From NCBI GenBank assembly GCA_965120305.2, contig CBCPMS020000365.1, positions 22,142 through 54,141 of the forward strand: a stretch of 32,000 nt of DNA. The letters run 5' to 3'. Shown here in pieces: positions 1 to 10,410 of this stretch; the stretch's first letter is position 1; every line of letters begins with the position of its first letter. The notes beneath the pieces are model-generated. The model was not told where the DNA came from and did not search any database. It worked only from the letters and a program-made list of their open reading frames with translations. This stretch comes from Rotaria socialis. Its lineage: Eukaryota. A program made the translations under genes and the position numbers.

Positions 1-418
1 TAAACAATGATAGTTTATCATGTACATTTCCGGTTGAACAAGAAGCAAATAAATAATTAATATATAAATTTTTGATTTATGAAATCTCATATTTTATTTT
101 ATTCTATTCTATTTTAATCATAAATAATAAACATTTGGAGAAGGATTATGGAACAAAGTATCCATGAGAAGCTATCACGGTCACCAATAAAAACTGTTGC
201 TCTAAATTGCCAATATAAACGCAGTCACAAAATAACTGCTTGAATTCATGGAATACCAATTCAATCACCTTAGCAACCAATATTCAGAGTACATCCCTAT
301 CAATTGTTCGTACTCAATCATTACTGTTGACATGACAAACCTCATTAATACTGTAAAGAACACTGAGCATTAAGCCGCAGAACATATTACTCCTACGAAA
401 CTCTGACGGATAATCCTT

Positions 419-775
419 ATGGCAACCCAGTCTTTGATCTTTCATTATAAAAACAAATCCCAATACATTGAGTACCAACAACTAATCCAAGATAAACGCC
501 CATATATCATTCCCGTTCCATCAGAGAGACCCAGGCACTATCAGCTAAATTCTAACGTAGCCCCGAATCAAAATACCGCACAGTTTCTACTACTCAAAAT
601 ACAACAAAGTATCACCTTCTCCTAACATCCATCTAAACAACTTTCCGTCCTGGACACCAAACCTAGGGAAAAGCACTCAGAGCCATTTTTCTTAATAACT
701 GACGCTTATATTAATGCGCTGGAATACTTCAAAACGATTGCCCACGAATCAGGTTTTCATCAATACATAGAGAAC
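419..775 (+). pseudogene. possible decayed coding fragment, one frame interrupted by a single TAA
   Basis: ORF 419..625 (MATQSLIFHYKNKSQYIEYQQ...) ends in TAA, but the same frame stays readable afterwards (HPSKQLSVLDTKPREKHSEPFFLITDAYINALEYFKTIAHESGFHQYIEN*). No family recognised. Confidence 0.25.
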
Positions 776-2469
776 TGAATACCGAATTTCACTATCACCA
801 TGTCAAACAGGCGAATCATATTCTTCAGCGGAAAAAGTAGCGAAAAAATATCAACGCTACACATTTTGATCGATGAGCAGGCATTATTAAAATGAGTCTG
901 ACTTCATTCTTAATGATTGCCGAGCAATATGAAAATAATGAGGAGGTACAAATTTCTACAATGGTTATTTTTATTGTTTTAATCTGTAGGTACAGAGAGT
1001 GAGAGCGAGAGAAGTTATTTTTCTTTTGGTTTGTTCCTTTTTTCGTGCTGCTTTTCTTTGGGCTCGTTGTTTTAGATTTCATTGATGGTAGGATGTCGGA
1101 TAACTAAAGTAAATAGTTAGCTGTTAGTGAACGTATCAGAAATAAGACTCACCGATGATAGATCGTCGTCGGAGGCGAGTTCTGCTACCCTTAGTATTTC
1201 TTCACCAATTTTGTGCCACTATAGTCCGACGCTATCATTTATTATAGTTGGAAAGTGTTGTCGGTGCACATATGCGCTCGCATGCATCAGTAGATGTTTT
1301 GCACAAGAGTGAGTGTGTTGTTGGTACAGATTGAAATCATTGGTAGGTGTGAAGAGTCACCAGGTATTATGGAAATCTATGTTGGTCTCATTTCTTAAAA
1401 AGTGTTGTACATTGAAGTGATGTATTAAGCGATTCATGTTTTGAGTTCTTGGCAAGTCGTGGGTTCGCAACGAATCGAACTGTGGTATTAGTTTCGTTTC
1501 GAGATCGAGCACTACCAGGTACCAGTGTTATTTTTGATTGATTGGATATCGTACAATATCATAATCGAGTTGCTTAATCGTGTAAAACAGTTCTTTAAGT
1601 GAGGATTGAAAATGAAAAATACTTTCCTCTTCGGATCCAATATCATGTGTAATATTGTCATCTTTCTAAATAAAGTTGACAACAATGTAAGTTTACTAAA
1701 TAATTTCAAGGGTTTAGGTGTGACAGTAAACAATAGATGGTACTACTATTCATATCCTACATCAAACTTAGTTTGAATTGATCATTCTGACTTGAACTCA
1801 TAAGTACAATACATATACTGTATTTCCCCAAATAATGATCATTTCATTCAGTGTGTTACTATTAATAAGTAATGCCGTTAACCACATACCAAATGGAATC
1901 TGAGGAAAAAAACTTGAATGTATTACTTCATTGAATTATATGTATGCTACCGGTGTTTGCCCTAAATCTTTTGATGCATTCTTTCTTACGTTCTTCATGA
2001 AATGGCCGAGACAGGCGTGCACAATTGTTATTTCCAAATCATGTTTGGTAGCAGTTCGTTGTAGAATATGCCAACATCGTTCAATATGACGATCCATCGT
2101 TTTATCTTGATTAAAGATTTGAATATCAGCAAGCAGAAAAACAGGAGCACAATCACTATGAATGATCGTTGGCTTGGGAAACGGATTGAAAAAATCGTAA
2201 ACTTATGTATAATTATTTTTTGATAAAACAATTCACCCAATGAACAATATCCATAGTTCCATACCACTAGTTGCATCTCATGATAATAGCATAGTGGATT
2301 CAAAGTGATGGTATCCAGAAATGCCTCCCGCGGTAAAACAGATCAATCACAGTGGATCCGTACTAACTTCTTAAAGATAACCGGGTATTACTTCACCAGG
2401 AAAAAACTTTCTTTGCTTGTATAATCTTTAATTCATGAAGACTTCTGTCTAAGTCATCATCTCGGCTTA

Positions 2470-3225
2470 ATTTGGAATTAACGTCACTTGATATTTCACA
2501 AAGTACTGAACGACTAGAACCTACAGCATTCATATTTCCTGCCCCTTTATTTGATGCTGAAATTGATTATAATTGTTGAAGATAAAGTACACCTGGTGTA
2601 GCACCTAGCGTAGTAATCTGTTGTAATTCTTCACGACGCGAGCCACGTATTGCTCGAGCATGTACTTCACCTGCGTTTATCAACAATTCGACCTAAGTAA
2701 TTTATTCCTATTCGATCGTTTTCAGTTAACGTAGCATGAAATTTACATGTGTATGTACTACATTTGCAATAAGCATATACGCTCATGAAGAATTGATTTG
2801 TCATCCCAATAGTTGTTCGAGTAGTAAACTGATGATGATCGTAAGTGAATAAACAATAGTTATTTGTATGCCAAACATAATCGCCTAAAATCAAAGTTCA
2901 TTCAAGATTTTGTTTTGAGTTCTCTATATTGCAATCATCATCATCATCATCAGTTGTTATTTTGTTCTTCTGATTCTTCTGATTTTGCTTTTTTTTGCTC
3001 TTGTTGAAGTTTCTTTAATTTATCCATATCACTCTGAGAAACAATTTTTGCCTTATTTTTCGCAATTTCTTGAATTTCGTTGACATCAAAAGTAAAATCC
3101 GATGAATTAGCATTTCGACGATTCAAGTATGTGAGTACATTTTTCTGTTCATCACTATTGATAGACAGTAGTGCGCATCATCCAACGATGATTATTCTCA
3201 AGTTATAATGAAACAGGAAAATATG
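2470..3225 (-). pseudogene. coding-like exon fragments of a decayed or multi-exon gene of unknown family
   Basis: Minus-strand stretches read as LSINSDEQKNVLTYLNRRNANSSDFTFDVNEIQEIAKNKAKIVSQSDMDKLKKLQQEQKKAKSEESEEQNNN*, then GDYVWHTNNYCLFTYDHHQFTTRTTIGMTNQFFMSVYAYCKCSTYTCKFHATLTENDRIG, then VELLINAGEVHARAIRGSRREELQQITTLGATPGVLYLQQL*, then SASNKGAGNMNAVGSSRSVLCEISSDVNSKLSRDDDLDRSLHELKIIQAKK. Stops lie between the fragments. Confidence 0.35.
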
Positions 3226-3473
3226 AAGCAACGATCATATCGATCGCAATGATTTAAAGCACAAGTATTCGTAATTTATTACAATGATATTTATTTTCTC
3301 ATTTTTTCTTTCAGCTTTGTTCTCGTTTAGAAAACTCTTTGCGACGATCCCAGTGTAGAAATGAAACGGCTCCACATCCTCAAACAAATGAATCAGCTCG
3401 TTTATTTTCGAATGGATTCGAAGAGTCATAAGCAGCATGCTTCGAATTATATATATACATATATATATAGAGG

Positions 3474-3503
3474 GATGTCATAATATCCACAACTTGGGTA
3501 TCG
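3474..3503 (+). repeat. left terminal inverted repeat
   Basis: GATGTCATAATATCC is an exact reverse complement of GGATATTATGACATC at 4290-4304. A second exact block, GGGTATCG, pairs with CGATACCC at 4275-4282. Confidence 0.75.
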
Positions 3504-3550
3504 AGATGAATACCCAGATAGGATACCCAGTTGGATGGACATCTACGTAT

Positions 3551-3738
3551 CCCCAGAGCTGAGGAATTTGAGTGCATTTGGTGCAACGAGAATGGGTATC
3601 CATTTTTGTATATCCCCAGAGCTGAGGAATTTGAGTGCATTTGGTGTAACGAGAATGGGTATCCATTTTTGTATATCCCCAGAGCTGAGGAATTTGAGTG
3701 CATTTGGTGTAACGAGAATGGGTATCCATTTTTATATT
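3551..3738 (+). repeat. left tandem array, 3 x 63 bp
   Basis: CCCCAGAGCTGAGGAATTTGAGTGCATTTGGTG(C/T)AACGAGAATGGGTATCCATTTTTGTATAT begins at 3551, 3614 and 3677, a 63-bp period. Confidence 0.9.
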
Positions 3739-3778
3739 AATTTGTTTGAAGTAGGACTTGACAGTAGGAAAATTTCCG

Positions 3779-4210
3779 GTACCCAATCTCGTTACACCAA
3801 ATGCACTCAAATTCCTCAGCTCTGAGGATATATAAAAATGGATACCCATTCTCGTTACACCAAATGCACTCAAATTCCTCAGCTCTGAGGATATATAAAA
3901 ATGGATACCCATTCTCGTTACACCAAATGCACTCAAATTCCTCAGCTCTGAGGATATATAAAAATGGATACCCATTCTCGTTACACCAAATGCACTCAAA
4001 TTCCTCAGCTCTGGGGATATACAAAAATGGATACCCATTCTCGTTACACCAAATGCACTCAAATTCCTCAGCTCTGAGGATATATAAAAATGGATACCCA
4101 TTCTCGTTACACCAAATGCACTCAAATTCCTCAGCTCTGAATATATATATAAATGGATACCCATTCCCATTACACCAAATGCACTCAAATCCCTCAGCTA
4201 TGAGGAACAT
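3779..4210 (-). repeat. right tandem array, about 7 x 63 bp, opposite orientation
   Basis: The (G)TTACACCAAATGCACTCAAATTCCTCAGCTCTGAGG landmark recurs at 3791, 3854, 3917, 3980, 4043, 4106 and 4169, exactly 63 bp apart. The last copy is degenerate. It is the reverse complement of the left array unit. Confidence 0.93.
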
Positions 4211-4274
4211 GGGTATTCATTTTAGTATGCATTTTAGATATCCCCTTGAATGGATATCGTGACTGGTATGTCGA

Positions 4275-4304
4275 CGATACCCAGTGTTAGGATATTATGA
4301 CATC
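4275..4304 (-). repeat. right terminal inverted repeat
   Basis: CGATACCCAGTGTTAGGATATTATGACATC, inverted relative to 3474-3503. Confidence 0.75.
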
Positions 4305-4575
4305 TCTGAATTCTGAATTTTTCTGGTTAGGCATTCTGCAGGCCCTCGAACTTTTATATTGAGAATATTCTTTGCATCTTTTTACAATGAGTTTTTAAAT
4401 AATTCAACTGTCTATTTTTTAAACTAGAGGGACATGGGAACATTGAATTTATCTGAGAAATATTTCTTCTCTATTCTGTTTTTCTATAATCTATTATCAC
4501 GAGCAGAAAAAAAAAGAAAAAAATATTTTTTCGATTAATTATATTTTTCGCGCATTCCAACCTCAACTGAAATTC

Positions 4576-5061
4576 TCATGTCAACTCTGACATATGCATT
4601 TCTTTATCGCCGCAATATTCTTGAATCATAACAGAATTCTTGTGCATCATATAGTCTGGAAAAAACAATTTAAATTCTGTATGTGCAAATAAAACCTTAT
4701 AATGATCGTAAAGCCTAGTCAACGAGTGAAAAGATTTTTCTAAAATAAAATCCAATGCATGTATCGATTGAAAGCCTCTTTCACCTTTAGATATTCGTCG
4801 AGTCATTTTCAAGTATCGTCTATCATAACACAGCATACTCCACGGATATATTTTTATGACTGGGTGTTCGCAAAAATTGAGTTTTGAGCAAATAGTACTC
4901 TTGAGGAGAAAAAAAGGTGTCTCTATGTTTTTATTTCCATCGCCAGTTATTACATGAAACCATTCATTGCTGTTTGGAATAAGAGAATGATGCTTTCTTC
5001 TACCTGCGGCATTTAACATTATAAGCCAAGATGAGAAATAGAAGAAGAACCGAACCGTCAT
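4576..5061 (-). CDS. hypothetical protein with possible signal peptide
   Basis: Single ORF. The track's start at 5091 appears to be a GTG, and the first in-frame ATG gives MTVRFFFYFSSWLIMLNAAGRRKH..., a hydrophobic leader. No family recognised. Confidence 0.35.
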   Translation of the reverse strand: MTVRFFFYFSSWLIMLNAAGRRKHHSLIPNSNEWFHVITGDGNKNIETPFFLLKSTICSKLNFCEHPVIKIYPWSMLCYDRRYLKMTRRISKGERGFQSIHALDFILEKSFHSLTRLYDHYKVLFAHTEFKLFFPDYMMHKNSVMIQEYCGDKEMHMSELT

Positions 5062-5489
5062 GCTTCTTTCTTTCCTTGTAAATTTATTCACACTACATAA
5101 CTCCTCTACTAGCTCTTCGCATTTAAAAATGCTACTTCTTTTATTATCGCCTGAAACTAGTTCATCGCTAAAAGAAAATTGTTAGATGAATTAAAATAGG
5201 TAGCGAAGAAAAATGTATCTACATGCTAGAGGTCTAGACGAGGAAAAGAGAATAAAGAACAGTGAGTTTATTTTAAGCGTGTTCTAGATTTTGCTATTCA
5301 AATTTAAAGGAGCAGAGTTACTATTTTCTTTTTTTATAGAAGGAAAGTAGGTATAAAATATTCATTTAACATTTGGCTATATCATGACAACTACTGCACA
5401 ATCCTGCCGCAATTTTGTAAGAGAAAAATTGATTAGGCTATTTTTCATGAAAATTAACAATGCATATTTAATAAATTTTATATTAAAAG

Positions 5490-8400
5490 CCGTCGCCATC
5501 ATTGTGGGAAAAATCCCATGAAGAATTTTCATCAAAACAACAAGATACTCTATTTGCTGATGATGAAAATCATGATTCACCAGAAGACAATCCGACAATT
5601 GATGGTCAGGATGAGTGTGAATCAAGATCAGATACAACATTACCTATTGAAATAGAACTGAAAAATCTTAGCATCGAAAAACAATTTCAACCTTGGGAAA
5701 CATCAACAAACCAAGACTATTTAATGATTATAATAAATAATGAATGTACTGTTGAAGAAGTTAAGCAAATCATAAAAGGTGATTTTTCAAAACAAGGTTT
5801 GAAATGGGCAGATGAAGAAGAAAACATGCGTCAATGGTATTTTGGATTGACGTCAATACAGATTCACTTTACTCACTCGCAATCTATTGATATTCCGAGG
5901 CTTTCGTTTTGTTCACGCATTCCATTTTGGATGGCATTAAAGAAAGAAAAACAGCAACCTAATTTCAATAGGAATCAGCTTAGAGGACCAATTCGTCATG
6001 AACTACAATCAGATTGCGATGTTTCACTCAGCTATGGTGCACTTATTGATGTAGATCAATTCTTTTATTCACCAGAGCAGTCATGGAAAAATGATGCGAA
6101 TTCGAGCTGGTCGATTTTTATGAAACATAAACACAATGATGGCAGTTTTATTCAATGGCAGATGGACGATGCTAACAGAAAGCAAAACAAGCAGTTATTA
6201 ATTTCTAATATTGATCATACAATTATTGTTACTTTACATGAAGACGGTTTTGATATGTATATTTGCCAAAAATGTAACATGAATGAATTGAAAACTGAAA
6301 CTGGAATGAATAACAATATTGGTTGTAAGCATTGTAGAAATGCATCATCTCGAGGTAGGCATCATCGGAGTAGAGATGCTCCGAAAAATTGCGAACAACA
6401 TCAAAGATATCATCGATCAAGTTCAAGGCCACGTAGTTCTCAACTTTTGGGTCCGAAACAGCATGAACCTCGACAAAATCAAAAATATAACTTCGAGCGA
6501 ATTGGTGTCAAATCTGGTTGCTATTTTTCTACTATTCAATTTAGTATGCATCGTAATCCACTGCGGATAGACAAAAATATTAACAATCGAATAAAACAAA
6601 TATTTGCATCACTGATGGAATTTTTCGTTTCGCAACGAATAACTGTTTGTTATGGAAATATTGTTCCAAAGCCAGGACCAATTCCTTACTTATTTTTTCA
6701 ACCGCAAACACCTGATTTCCCATCGCTTATCATGAGATATTCATGGCAAATGCTTTCTATCGTTGGATACCGTTTACAAATTCAAATCGCGAACAGCAGT
6801 TTCATCGCAGAATTGCATCGATTAAGTGAAGAGCCACACAACCCTGATGAATTATTTTATCGTGTATGTGTTTATCTATCACGTATATTGTCATTGAAGC
6901 CATTCGTGAGTATAAATCAAGAATTGCAACACGCCATCACTGAGTCGCGACAAAAACGAAATAATTGTGCGTATGGTTTAATTAGTAAAATAGATATTAA
7001 AGTCGAGAATGAAGCATATATACCATCGGTAACGTTAACACCAACCACAATTCGCATAAAACCATTAAAACTATGTCGAACGAATCGTGTTCTTCGAGCT
7101 ATTGAACAGTTCGGTCAGCCACTTTATCATTTCGTTCTTGTTGATATTCGAGATGAAAATGGTCGACATTTACAATCATACCATTTTCGTCATTTAAAGC
7201 AAATTTTAATTGATTATTTGAAAAATGGTTTTCAGTTAATGGATGATAATCGGCAATATAAATATTTACATCATAGTCGATCACAATTACGTGGACGACA
7301 ATTTTGGTTTTACCATCATCATCATGATGATACAGATCCTAGAAAAATAAATCCAAGTTTTTCTGACGCTTATCAATGGATGGGAAATTTTGAAAATGAA
7401 AACAATCCAGCTAAATACGCTGCTCGTATGGCTCTTTGTTTCACAAGTACGATAGCAACTGTTCAGGTAAATATTTTAAACTTTATCGATTTTTATGTCG
7501 TGTTCAAACGTGAACGTTCTATTTTATAGGTACCAGGAGATAAAGTTCTTATAGGAGAAGACATCGAGATCAATGTCAATGATAGAACTTTATTATTTAC
7601 AGATGGCTGTGGAACAATGTCCGTTGGTTTGAGAGATAAAGTGAGTAAATCTCATGCATGCGGGAGAAGTATTCTGAATTGATAAATTTTTCTAATAAAT
7701 GAAAGTTTCATCCAGGTCTTTATTTCAAGTTTTTGAACTGAGAACTTCCAAAAGGCTAGGGTCAATTTTATTTTCGAACTTTACAAACCCTAAAACTCCT
7801 CTCCTCAAATCCTGAAAATGTTTTTGCTTTTTAGAAAATACTTTTTAATTGTAGCAACGAGTGATACAGTAAATTTCATTGAGAATATTCTAGTTTATTG
7901 AAGAATCCGAAACTTTTAAAGAATATGATTCTTGATACAGCCTGAAGATGAAATATGCTACACTCGAGTTATATTCCATTTGATTTTCAATATATCTATT
8001 GTCTGTTTATAATTCAACAGATAAAAAATAAACTCTGCATTAGAGATGAATTCAGTGCTGTTCAATTTCGTTACAATGGCGCCAAAGGTGTTGTTAGTAT
8101 CAGTCCGGACATCAAGAAAGGTTTTGATTTATTTATTCGCCCTAGTATGAACAAGTTCAAAAGTGCACATCGCTGCTTTGAAAAATGCAAAATATCGGCT
8201 CCTCGAACGACCTATCTTAATCGTCAAGCTATCCTACTTTTATCTTATCGAAAAATATCGGATTGTTCATTTCTTATACTTCAACAACAAAATCATCTTA
8301 TACTTATACGTTGTCTCTTGCGAAATTCTGATGCTGAAAAATTAATTATTGAAAAAATTCCCCGTTGGTTTTTGCCGGCCGATATACACATCGCAAATAT

Positions 8401-10410
8401 TGATTATATTCATGAACCATTTTTTCGACAATTAATCATCAATGGATGTTTACAATCAACGCGAGATTTACTTCAACGAACACGTATTCGAATTCCGCCA
8501 AATAAAGGTCGCAACATGTTTGGTATTGCTGACGAATATAAAGTTCTTAAAGCAGACGAAGTATTTATTCAATACACAATCTTATACGAAGTTAGAAATA
8601 ATCAGAAGAGGAGAACCGAAATTCTTGATCAATGTAAAGTTGTGATTACGAAAAATCCTTGCCATCACCCAGGTGACATTCGCACATTTACTGCGGTTAA
8701 TTATCCACAATTGAGACATCTAAAAGATGTGGTGGTTTTTTCACAGCAAGGCGATCGTCCAGCTCCGCATGATATCAGCGGGTCGGATTTAGATGGGGAT
8801 GAATATTTAGTTCTCTGGCATGAAGATCTTGTTCCAAACGAAACTGAGAATGCACAGCCTTATGATTATGATGCGCTGATACCGAATCAATCTTTGAATC
8901 GACCTGTCGAAAGAGATGATATCAATGAAGCCATACTTCGAATAGCAGAACAAGATGCATTAGGACGACTATCTAAATTACATTTAGCTTTTGCTGACAA
9001 ATTCGGTGTTGACAACGCCGAAAGACCAGCAGAAGGTATTCTATCAACTATTGAATTAGCTGGTGCAATTAGTCAAGAAGTTGATAGTGGTACAACTGGT
9101 CACCATCCATTGAGCGAAGATCAAATTCTAAAATTGAATGATGTGCTAAATAATGAACGACCAGATTTTATGGATAATCCTTCTTTCAAACAATATCAAT
9201 CACCGAATATTCTCGGTACGGCAATAAATCACTTTTCTTGCATTTTCAGTTGTTTGACTGTTTAGGAAAATTATTCCGCGCTTCGAAAAAAACATTACGC
9301 GGGTGGAATCAACTTCTTCGATATTATCGCCATCTACGACATTTACAAGTTCAAACACAAAATGAACCGATCGAAGGCACAGACGACGAGGAAGCTCGTT
9401 TGAATGACGAAGAAACGAAGATTGAAGTTGACCAATCTCTTCTCGCTGGCACTCATCGACAACATCCTGCATATGAAGCGTGTGCTGAATTTGCTAATAA
9501 ATTAGTTTCAGTTTATCGACAAGAAATTTTTGAGATTCTTAATCTATATGGTTTGTCACATGAAAGTGATTTATGGTGTCGAAATTCTATTAATGGCGTT
9601 ACTGGAGAACTTGAAGATACCGCTTATACAGAACTTGAACAACTTGTAAAACGTACAAGAACTCGTTTTTTCAATGAACAAATTATTTATTGTGAGACTG
9701 GAAGATGTAATGAAGATACACCAATGGTTGAGTTGTGCAATACGTGTAGACAACGAAAGCGAGCACTGACTATTGCTTGTTATGATGCTTGCTATGGCGG
9801 AGAGTACACAAAAGAACAAATGCCGATTTTAAGTTTACCATGGCTATTTGCTGAATCTCTTTTACAAGATCGCCTACAAGAAGAACCACCCATATCGGAC
9901 GATTTACTGAGTATGGCAATGAAAAAAGCTCTTGATATTATAATTTACAAGAAACGTCGACTTCAATTGTACGAAGGGCCCCTAAAATTTCATATACCGA
10001 ACGAATGTCTTCCTGGTGAGGCTAATATTGATTTGACTGCTTGTGCCTTTATTGAAATACTCGAGCAATGTATTGGATTCAAAGAGCATCAGTGTTGGCC
10101 TTGGATAGTTAGTCGTTTTATACGAAATACACCATCATTTACCTTAGTATCAGAACAATTGACACCATGTGACGAATGGAAATTAATCTTACAACATCAT
10201 AGAATAAAGGATGGTGATATTTACGCTGCTCAGCTCATAAGTATCGAGTGGAACGAAACCACAGATCACGCAATGTACGAGTATTTTGACAATATTCTTG
10301 ATATCTGTTTTGAAGCTGCCAGAAAATACAACGATATAGGCTATCTCGATGTTAGCGAATATATTATATTATTATTACAAAAAATGGCTATCAATGAAAC
10401 AATTATCTAG
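5490..10410 (+). CDS. cellular RNA-dependent RNA polymerase (eukaryotic RdRP, QDE-1/EGO-1/RRF family)
   Basis: Exons about 5490/5502-7466, 7530-7640, 8021-9215 and 9266-10410, all GT/AG and phase-consistent. Diagnostic peptides: LLFTDGCGTMSVGLRDK, SAVQFRYNGAKGVVSI, GRNMFGIADEY, CKVVITKNPCHHPGDIRTFTAVNYPQLRHLKDVVVFSQQGDRPAPHDISGSDLDGDEYLVLW. The 5' end is unresolved because the ORF track starts at TTG. Confidence 0.93.
8786..8800 (+). other. RdRP catalytic DLDGD motif
   Basis: GAT TTA GAT GGG GAT within SGSDLDGDEY. This matches the DxDGD signature of cellular RdRPs. Confidence 0.95.

Larger units (their letters stand above)
3474..4304. mobile_element. foldback-like / non-autonomous TIR element made of opposed 63-bp tandem arrays
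   Basis: Outer ends GATGTCATAATATCCACAACTTGGGTATCG (3474-3503) and the reverse complement of 4275-4304, GATGTCATAATATCCTAACACTGGGTATCG, match at 25/30 positions. Between them are 63-bp repeats in one orientation, a ~40-bp spacer, and the same repeats in the opposite orientation. No transposase ORF inside. Confidence 0.75.

Noticed and set aside
1127-2303. Short ORFs 1127..1312, 1512..1733 and 2028..2303 as genes
   Set aside because: They are short and compositionally like random AT-rich DNA, with no motif or splice partner found.
3440-3471. (TA)n tract at the element's left edge as a functional signal or telomeric sequence
   Set aside because: It is simple AT-rich sequence common in this genome. 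It could be an insertion target preference, but a target-site duplication could not be identified with confidence.
3551-4210. CRISPR-like regular repeat array
   Set aside because: The entire 63-bp period is repeated sequence with no unique spacers, the arrays are in opposite orientation, and the locus is eukaryotic.
3478-4262. ORFs 3478..4188 (-), 3531..3740, 3535..3825, 3801..4262 (+), 3737..4210 (-) and 3380..3703 (-) as genes
   Set aside because: They are translations of the 63-bp repeats in multiple frames on both strands and arise because 63 is divisible by three.
6229-9819. ORFs overlapping the RdRP gene (6229..6432 -, 6319..6570 +, 7099..7284 -, 8163..8345 +, 9200..9472 -, 9571..9819 -)
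   Set aside because: They lie within or antisense to well-supported RdRP exons and have no recognisable domain.
5490-10410. RdRP as an integrated RNA-virus polymerase
   Set aside because: The DLDGD motif and surrounding sequence fit the cellular double-psi beta-barrel RdRP family. There is no GDD-type viral palm signature, and the gene contains introns.
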